A stretch of 64,000 nt of DNA from positions 1 to 64,000 of the IMG/VR virus record IMGVR_UViG_3300032040_000005; one strand, given 5' to 3'. Below, piece after piece: positions 1-9,600 of this stretch (its first letter is position 1; each line of letters opens with the position of its first letter). The notes under the pieces are model-generated. The model did not search any database, was not told where the DNA came from, and saw only the letters and a list, made by a program, of their open reading frames with translations. The stretch is from a virus. Its lineage: Duplodnaviria > Caudoviricetes. The position numbers and the translations under genes were made by a program.

Positions 1-56
1 AAAACGACAGCACTAAAGAAGAACCGGCATTGAGTAAGAAGTTGTTTGGTTAATAG

Positions 57-257
57 GTGGATTCTATGACACTTCTAAAAGCAATAGGTACAGGTGTAAT
101 CGCTGCATTGATTACGGCCCTCGCATTTTTCGGAGGGTTCGTATTCTCTGTCATATCAGTGGTAGTCTCCGTGGTCACCGCTGTAGGCGCAGTATTTTTT
201 ATCGCCTTCATGTGTGTTGCCGCAGCAAATAGCGGAGATGAAGACAAGCGTGAATGA
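57..257 (+). CDS. small membrane protein
   Basis: 66-aa ORF, long hydrophobic stretch then charged C-terminus; followed by a terminator hairpin. Confidence 0.7.
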   Translation: MDSMTLLKAIGTGVIAALITALAFFGGFVFSVISVVVSVVTAVGAVFFIAFMCVAAANSGDEDKRE

Positions 258-262
258 CCTGT

Positions 263-292
263 AAAACCCCAGGGAACTCCTTGGGGTTTTTT
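263..292 (+). terminator. rho-independent terminator
   Basis: AAAACCCCAGG-GAACT-CCTTGGGGTTTT followed by TT. Confidence 0.75.
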
Positions 293-313
293 ACTTCCCC
301 GAATAGGATCTGT

Positions 314-589
314 ATGAAATCTATCCTGGCACTAACCCTTATGTCACTTTTTCTCGTGGGCTGCTCAGCGGCCCCACAAATGCACAGCACAGGCAACAAC
401 CAGTACATGATCATGGGTGAATCTGAGTTTGGGTTCGCAGACATGGTAAATAGTATGTACGGGCAAGCAAACGTTAAGTGCTCAGAACAAGGTTTGATCA
501 CCCACATCATTAAAGGTTCGAGAGGCGGTGGTAGCGTAGGCGCTGTTGCCACTAAACGCGCATACGCACTGCATTTTTACTGCCGGTAA
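314..589 (+). CDS. small lipoprotein (91 aa)
   Basis: Start MKSILALTLMSLFLVGC gives a signal peptide II with lipobox LVGC; two further Cys; start placed downstream of the terminator at 263-292. Confidence 0.75.
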   Translation: MKSILALTLMSLFLVGCSAAPQMHSTGNNQYMIMGESEFGFADMVNSMYGQANVKCSEQGLITHIIKGSRGGGSVGAVATKRAYALHFYCR

Positions 590-593
590 ATAG

Positions 594-624
594 AAAAAAG
601 CCCCATGAATCATGAGGCTTTCTT
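594..624. terminator. bidirectional terminator between convergent genes
   Basis: AAAAAAGCCCCATG-AAT-CATGAGGCTTTCTT between the lipoprotein gene and the vRNAP stop. Confidence 0.75.
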
Positions 625-639
625 GTGTCTACTCTTATT

Positions 640-3600
640 TTAGTTGAACGGGCTTAGAGCACCTTGCATCACGAGTGTTTCATCCAAAGCCCCTGGCAAA
701 TCCAGAGCACCAGTTTCAAACGGATTGTTACCCACCCGTCCGAACATACTGGAATCCTGGATCGTCGTCAGACCGGTCATGAATCCACCCAGGATGGCCA
801 ACAGAATAGCCCGTGCAGGATGCTCCTGGTACAGTTCAAGCAGCACCCGCTGGATGCGTAGGTAATACTTCGAGAACAGCACCAGTCCCGTATCGTTCAG
901 GTACTGCAACGCTTTGCTTGTGGGTACATCGTAGTTGATGAACGCTGCTTTAATAATCCGCATAGCATCCACCTCGCTCTTTTTAGTGTTCGCATTCTTA
1001 GTCAAGTGCTCGTACAACGTGTACCGCCCTACAAAGTCACTCATCTGGGTACTGCGAAACAGTATTTTGTAGAGTGGCGTGTCGTGAGCCATGTACGCTG
1101 TTTTTGCAACAGTCTTCACAGCATTCGGGACTTTAGCCGTTTTGTTATCGGCCCAATTTACCAAGCGAGACTTGTACGAAAACATATTATCCTCTGTATC
1201 AATGTCTTCCATGATGGTCTGGAACTGTCCACCGTCAATCAAGGTTTTAACTGGGTTATTCTCCAGTGCGTATTCCAGTTCCAGAATTTGTTGATCCAGA
1301 TCGGTACGACCACTGGCTTCTTTCAAGCGCGTCAATTCCAGCAGTGAATCACTGTCCGTCTGGTAGGAAAGCAAGCCATCAATCGCAACTTTGTGGTTGC
1401 GGATAAGATCCTTCATTGGGACACCGTACCAAAGCAGTAACGTCACGTTACTCATGATGTTACCCACCAGGGTCCATAGGTTTTTGATTACGTAAATGTC
1501 CTTGAGTTCCTTAACCAGTGACTGCCACACATCTTCACCGGCATGGATTTTAGACACTGCTTTGTCACCCAGGATTTTTGTGCCCAGGTGGTACACCACA
1601 TGCTCAAGGATATTGCGTTCTTTTTCCGCTAGGTCAAATGTATCGGCCATTGAGAATTTTCTGTACCCAAAGGTCAGATCCAGCAAATCATTACGCACCA
1701 TCATCCCGTTGCGTCCCCATGTTTTCAGGATGGTTCTGCGGGTCGCTTCAGGCAGCAACGCGTACTTCTCACGGATACCCGCATCCATACTGTCTGCACT
1801 GAAGTCCACGTAGATCCCAGGCCGAATGCTGTACTCAACATCGAACTGGTCTTTTAGAGCCTTTACCACCAAGTTGTTCTGAGTCTCAGACGTTGGTTTG
1901 TCGTACACAGCGCCTTCCATGGCGCCCATGACATCCTCGACACGGGAATCACGTTTCAAGATGTCGTCCTTGTTTTGTTCAGTCATGAGGTAGCGATAGT
2001 TCACGATCTCACCGTTTGGATTAACCACGGCCACCAAAGCACCATCTTTCGCTGTGGTACCCAGGTCATCGTTAAACCCTGGCTTCTCCAAATCCTGCAT
2101 GTTTTTCATGTTTGCTGTGACTTTATCCGTCATACGTTTGCGGCTCTGTACCACGCCCTCATCCGTGACCACGGATACACCGTTGTGGATGGTTGTGCCC
2201 TTGGACCGTTTACCAGAGAACGACATCACACCGGTCACATACTTACCCAGACCGCCTTCTTTCAAGACGTACAGATGTCTCACTTCCTGGTTCGTGTCTG
2301 CTGGATCTCGTGTAAGTGCTTTACCTTTACTGTAACCCGCCTTCACCAACTGAGCGCCCTGCTTCTCATTAGCGGTAACCACCTCACGGTATGGGTCGTA
2401 AATTTCCTTGGTGTAGCCTTTCTGCATCAGAGCTGGGCTACCTTGGAACAGTACATCAAGTGCCTGTTCTTTCAGTACGCGATGGTTCTGGATAACAAAC
2501 CGCATACCCTCACCGTTGTTTCGCTGCATGATCTCTTTTGTGGATTCTTGCTGCGTCATCGGTGTGTGCTGCAACGCATACAAAGAAGTCAGCATCTCCA
2601 GGATGGGCGTAGCCTGCTCCATGGTCGCTTCAGGCACCGTCATAGCATCCGGCATACCGACCTTACGCACGATGTTGTGCACGTTCAGAAGGAGTCCCTT
2701 GGTCTGGTGACCTACGGCCATGTGGTAACCCAGAGCCTGAGCCATGTTTTTATAGTAAGCCGCCTCTTTACCCACCTGGTTCAGTTCTGCTTCCAGGTCT
2801 TTACGTAAGGTCGCTTGGGCGTCTTTGTTGGCCATGAGGTCTGTCATCCCTTCGTAACCCAGTCGCGTAGACAGCGAAACGAGGTCGGTTTTCAGAACCG
2901 ATTTCGTAATGCCCTCACTCTCTGCTTTTGTCATTTCACCCAGTAAACCCAAAAGCTGCTTCTTACTGTTATCAATGCGGTGCTTGCGTTCTTGCTCGTG
3001 CTTCCCTGTTTGACTCAGGAAGTCGTGCATCTCTTGAGTACCCTCTTTCGGGCCACGCACCTCATCCACCATTTTGGCCAGGAACCCTTGCTGCTTACCA
3101 AAAGCATCAGCACGGTAATCTTCCCAGGTATCCAGCAGCACGGTGAACTTATCATCCGCTATCAGGCGCGTTACACGGCTCGATGCCCGTATGATGGAAC
3201 TGTTTGAGTTCGCCAGTGCAGGACGACCGGCAAGATTGCCTAACTGTCTACGCACGACACCACCGTTGGCCGCCGAAGCTTCTTCAATCTGATCCAGTAA
3301 ACCAATGTTTTTACGCGCCAGTGTGCGGCGTTTGCGTGACTCAATATCCACCAAACTTGTCACAAGGCGGGTCATCCGTTGCTGTCCCGTCTGCCCTTGT
3401 GCTGTCCCGTTTACTGTATCCGCAAACTGTTGGACCGCTTTGCGGTACCAGCTTTGTAATTGGTCACCCATTTTTGAACTGGCTGCCCGATTGTCTGCTG
3501 ATACATTAAAGTCCATTTTGTCAGCGAGACCTGGGTACGCCATAGCCATTGCCGCAAATCGACTCAAGTGGTTGGAACGTGTCTCACCACTGCTCTGCTC

Positions 3601-6600
3601 CAGTTTAAATATGAAGTCGTACTTGGCTTTAGCCTGGCTAACCTGTGTGGGAGTTGCGTCAACCAGTTCACCGTCAATAAACGATTCCCAACTCATCTGC
3701 TCACGAGTGGACTTGAATACCCGAACCAGATCTTTATACGCTGACGTTGTTGGATCAAGGATTTCCCGTAGGCTTGCTTCTACCTGTTCGAGAACAAAGG
3801 CTTCTTTGTCCGACAGGTCTAAGTTTGTTGCCGCTGTTTTGGAACTGAACGGGTTGGTGTCCGTTACCAGGGCGTTCAGGTACGCGTCTTCTGCACTGAT
3901 TCCCGAGGTCCGATCCAGCTCCAACTTAGTGGCCCCGTAAGGTCCGTGAAGTTTATCCACGATCACATCCATCACGCGTTGAAGACGTGGGCTGGTGTCA
4001 CCATCCAAACCCTCGTAGATCTCACGTGTGGTGTAATTGCTCACCGTGTCCAGAATATCCGGTGTCTGTTGAGCCAGTACAGTTTCGTAAGCCGCCTTCT
4101 GCTTAGGCTTAGTCGCGGCAATCACACCCGATGCGTTGTTGATCAACACAGTGATACCGTTATTCTGTTGCTCAGTGGTTGGTACACCCTGGAACACGAT
4201 ATTGCGGATAGTGTTAATAAAGGCTTCCATGCCCACGATCAACGCATTCTTCTTGGTGCGTGAAGTCATCTGGATCTTACCCAGTACCTCACGTTGGAAG
4301 CCTTCGTTGGTCAGTCCCCAAGAAATCAGTTCATCCACGCTGGTAACCGCATCTCCGAATCGGGCTTGCAGTGCTGAATCCGTTTTCACCAGATCAGCCG
4401 CTTTGCTCCGCAGAGTTTCCAACTCGTTGACCATGCCTGTGATGTTGCTGCGGTGCTTTGGGTTTGCGGCTTGTGCTGCTCGCTCTGCTTGTAGCGTGTT
4501 CGCCAACAGTACGTGCAGCAGCTCGTGAGCAACCAGCTCAACTGTCAGGTTGGATTCCACAAAGTCTGGACCTTTCAGAAATACCCTGGTGGTATCACCG
4601 ATCTGCGTAACACCGCGTACACCGCCTGGGTTACCCATCTCTGGAGCCAGGGATACGCGTGTAGACTGCTCTACCAACTCTACGACCACGCTCTCATCAA
4701 GGCGCTTGGATAATTGTCCCAGTACCTGTGCAACAGCCCGATCATTATTACTCAAGGTACGTGACTTCAACGCTGTCCGTAGAACAGGCAGCAACTCTTT
4801 CACAGTCATCACAGGCTGCGCGCGTAAGGCTTTAACCAGTACCGCATCACTGTCACTTACCGGCGTACCCAACACACCCCAAGGGGTAACTTGGCGACCG
4901 TTATACAGCGTATTCAGTAACCCCATTATTGCGGCTTGCTGCTTCGTGTCCTGTGTTACCTGCTTAACAGCATCTTGCAAGACAGTGTTCATTCCTGTGC
5001 CAGATGTCTGTGCCACTTTCCAATGCATCTCAACGGATTCTGCGACATTGCCCAGGTCCGTCTTCATACCGTCATCCAGTTTTGTGGATTCAGTAATGGC
5101 AGCAATCATATCCAGCACACGACCTACGGGGGCTTTCTCCACATCCTTGATACGTTGGTCCTGGTTTGTTAACCGTGCGTGTATTTCTGCCCGTTTGGTA
5201 TTCCGTGCTGCTTTATAGGCCTCGCCTTTGTAAACCGTCCCCAGTGCACGTTCCAATGAGCCAGTCTCCATGAATATCTTGTTAACCTGGCGCATGTTCT
5301 CAAGCTCACGTTTCTGAGCTTTTGACAGTCCTTTGCCAGATTCAACCTGGTCACGGTATGCCTGTTCCAGATTCTCTTGCAGTACACGTGAGGCTTCCGC
5401 TACACGTGCCACATTGCTTTGGGCTATGTCTTTATTGAGCCGTGTATTAACACGCTCACGGATGGTTGTGGACTGTCTCTCAGTCATAAGGACACGATCA
5501 GCGTCAGTGACGGTGTAGTGACCACCCTCGTAACCGTACTGGTTTATGATAGAGATGGTCTGCATCCACTCCATGGTGTCACGCTCAGCCTGTTCAGCTA
5601 CGGCCAGATACTCTTCAGCCATCAACGTAGGTGACTTATCCAAACCTGCCAGGAGCTTTTCGTGCTCAACACGGAACTCAGGATCTTTCTGCATTTCCGG
5701 CAACTTCTGCTGGAACTCATCCAAGGTTCTGTACATGGTTTGCATGATTTCTTCTGGGAGCGACCAACTCAACATTGCATTCAATGTTTCCTGGTTCATG
5801 GATGCCATAGCTTCTTGTAATCCAGCAGGTGTACGGATCACAGCATCGTGCACGTTCAGCATATTGACTGCTTTATACACACGAGAAATGATCGCGCTGT
5901 CCATCGCGTGAATCAGCATGATCACCGGTGAAACACCTGGATCGACTTCTTTGCTCTCACTGCTCCGGTAATCAATGGTGGTTTTCTTATTGGGATCGTT
6001 GTTAACCCCTTTAAGAGTCATACCATCGTTGATTTTACCTGGTGCGAGCGTCACTGGGCGTTTCAGGTTCACGACACCGGTGTACCGCCATTTACTGCCA
6101 TCCGCCAGATCCTGCCGCTGCTTGGCCATCTTCAGACCGGCCTGCTTATCACCACCTTTCGACATGGCTGTGTGGACTACCGGTGACATCTCTGACATCC
6201 GCTTATCCAGTTCCTTTTCATGTGCTTTCAGCAGGTCTTGGAGAACTTCGCCTGTTGCCTTGTAAATAGCCACTTCGCCCTTGGCTACAGATTCTTTCAT
6301 GATTTTCCGACGCTCAAAATTACGCGCTATTTCGTACAGTTTGAAAGACATCTGTGCAGAACCATTAAACGAGTTTCGGCGTTCTATGGTGGTACCGTAC
6401 TGCTCATCTACTGTTTCATTGATGTGTGTCCCTACCAATTCTGTAAAGGTATTGATCAACTGTGTTCTCGCGTTATCGCTGAACTTAAACGCTTTTACTG
6501 TGGCGAAGTTAGACTTGGTGGGTAACTTGTTGGCAGCAGACAAGAACTTGTTTATTTCGTTGAACAGCTTACCCGCAGCCGCAGAAAGCTCCGGCGTATT

Positions 6601-9600
6601 ACCGTACAACTCCATCATCTGGTTCAGTTCTTCGTAAACCAGATCTACAGTATCGTGGCCCATGTTGGTAACGGACTTGGTACTGCCAGCACCAAACATC
6701 AACTTAGTCAGAAGTGGCTTAACAGCGTTCCGGCCATCGCCTGTTACAGAATCGTCTGTGTTCTTTATGTCACCGTGTAAGCGGTACACCAACGCATTAA
6801 AGGCTTTCACGTCAGGATCTGCGGCACCCACAATGTCCATCTTGGTGGCCAGTTTATGCGCCGTGTACATATACATATCGTGGTTGCCTGCCTGAAGGTA
6901 CGCAGCCGTTGACTTAAAACCTTGTTCAGCATTAAAGAACCCGCCACGGGCACCCATGGCATCATCGACTGTGCCTAACTGAATCTGGACAAACATAGGT
7001 CCGTTTGTTACACCGTCACCTTCACGGATGAGGTTGGACTCGAACGAGTCATTTCCCAGGGCTTGTGCATTCTTCCAGTGTGCCAAATGAACCAGGGTAT
7101 CTAACCCATGCATGTTCTTAGCAACGCTGAGTAGCTGGTTCTCTTGAGCCGCGTCTTTTATGGCACCACCGGACAACATCCCTTGCACCACTTTCACGGC
7201 GGCAACGGTCTCAGGATCGTTCACATGGTTTTCCCATTGATCCAATGAAGACGCGTTCAATTGCTTATCCGTCTTCACACCAAGGCCTTCCAACACAGAC
7301 AACTTAAAGTCTGCACCCGCTTTACCTGAAAGATCCGCAGGCACATCGTAGGCCCAGTCCTTCATCGTAAAGGTGAACCGGTGTAACTTACTCGATTGTG
7401 GGTTATACAGGCTTGATAGAAGACCGACACGCTGGTTACGCCAGACTGAACGATCAAAAAAGAACGGGGCTTCCATGTTATTCATTTTTTCATTTGAGAA
7501 GTTAAACAGGTTGTCCACATCACGGCTTGCCGCTTCGTCCTTACCACGCAGGCCTGGAACCAGTTGATCTTGTGTTGTTGCTGGATCGAAGGTCACGCCA
7601 CCGGCCATCTGCTTCATAAAGTTACGACTGAACTTATGCAAGATACCCTCTACTGGGTCCAGCATATCGGTACGCAGGAAGTGTTCCTGTTTCTGGGCTT
7701 CTTTAAGGATTGCCTCCTGCTCTTTAGGAACAGGTTGCTTTGTACGTCGTGTGGTTTTCATGACCTTAGTAGGCGCTTCGTCCACTGGGCCTGTCTGTGT
7801 TGGCTCGATCTCAAACAACTTACTCACGACATCTTTAGAGCCACGATTGGTCTCTACAAAAGACTCAACCATCGGGTTGGTCTGCCAGGGACCGTCCACA
7901 GTTTCCTGAACACGGTTAGAGCGTACAAACCATTGGATGGGTAGATCACCCTTCGCATCCGCCTTTAAGCCGAACAGAGTGCTGCGTTTAGCAACACGTT
8001 GTACCAGCTTCTGTTCTATCATGACGATCAGCGCCAGGGCACCAAAAGCACCATCAAGTTGGCCAGCGTAGTTACCTGGGGCTGTGTCGTTCAGGCGTTG
8101 TCCCAATGCAGCAGTAACACGTTTACCAATATCGTTGATGACGTACTTATCGCGTGTGCCTGCATCCCCAACCAGGGCTTGGTGCTCAACACCCACACGT
8201 TCATGACTCTCCATAGCGAAGATGGTACGTAGTGCGTCATCACCGTTGTTAAACCACAGGTCGTTACCGTTTTCAGAGATCCACGTATAGACAGCAGCAC
8301 TCACCGCTGTCCGAACGTTTTCCTCTAGGTTACCGTTCTCATCCATGTACGCGTTTAACAGATTGCGGTACTTGTAGTTCTTGGAACCAGGTTTCAGCAG
8401 ACCGTCCATGCTCTTATTCCACTTATTCGCATACTCTGCAAAGTGACGTAAAGCAGCCCGCTGTTTGGCTTCCACTGTTTCATCTGTACTCAGTTCCACA
8501 CCCAATGTCTGTGGGTTATCCACACCAGGCATCAGGACATTGGTCAGGTAATCTTCGTTAGCGGTGAGAACCAGTCCTTTCTCTGTAGTGAAATACGCTT
8601 GAGCCAGGTTCTTTGTGTTCAGTTCGTCATACGTCATGAAACCGTCTACTTTCTCAGTCGTAGGCGCTGTGTCACGACGAAGTACCGATGTCTTAGCGTC
8701 CTGCTCTTTACGTGCTTCAACCTCTACGGATTCAGGGGCATCGTTTCGAGTGTCGCTTGTGCGTCCTGCATCAGTCTCTTCGACAGGCTGGGCCAGTGCG
8801 TTATCTCCGTCCCGAACTTCAGGATCACCGGTGGGTTCAGGTGCAGTTTCTGTGTCAACTGGCTGGTTCGTTTCTGGCTCCGCTTCCGTAGGTTCTGCCT
8901 GCGTTGCATCTTCTTCTGTGCGTGAGTCGGTTTCCTGCGTGGGGTCGGTCTCATTTACAGTCTCCGCTACTGGTTCAGCTTCTACAGTGTCGGTGGGTGT
9001 ATCCGCTTCCTGGGTTGCTTCAGGAGCTGGATCATTTGCCACCGGTGCGTTGGTCTGGCTTATGCGTGACGCGGCTTGTAGCTCACCCAGAGCCTGCTCA
9101 ATGTAGGCAGCTTCTTTCGTTACAGCATTCACCAAACCAGTTGAGCCTGTGTTTATGTTCATGCCGCCGTTTTCTGCCATCTGAGCGTCAGACAGTTTCT
9201 TACCGGTGTTCAGTTCCCATACCGATCCAGCACCCTCACGGTCTGTTGATATGATCTGGGCCTGCTTTTTACCTGGTACAGCCTGGGCAAGCATCTCTTC
9301 AGCCAGCTTTGATTTAGCCGTGTGCGATTGTGCGAAATTCTTTAACTGAGCCAGTTGTTGATCGACGCGGGCCGTGTTGCCCTCTTGGATCGCACGACCA
9401 ATAGACGACTGGTACTGAGGAATGCTTTTGAAGCCTGCACTCGGATTGTTGGTGAAAATATCTTTGTTCACATCCGTCAACGTTTTTACTTCGTCAAACG
9501 CTTGTTTCCGTCCAGACAGTGCCCGCAGGTATTGACGCTCATCCGCAGACAACGACAGTTCAGTGTCATCGGCCATCTTTGCTGCGGATTCCTGATCCAA

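Noticed and set aside
254-313. Longer 111-aa version of the lipoprotein
   Set aside because: Extension spans a terminator and would bury the signal peptide; start at 314 fits the lipobox.
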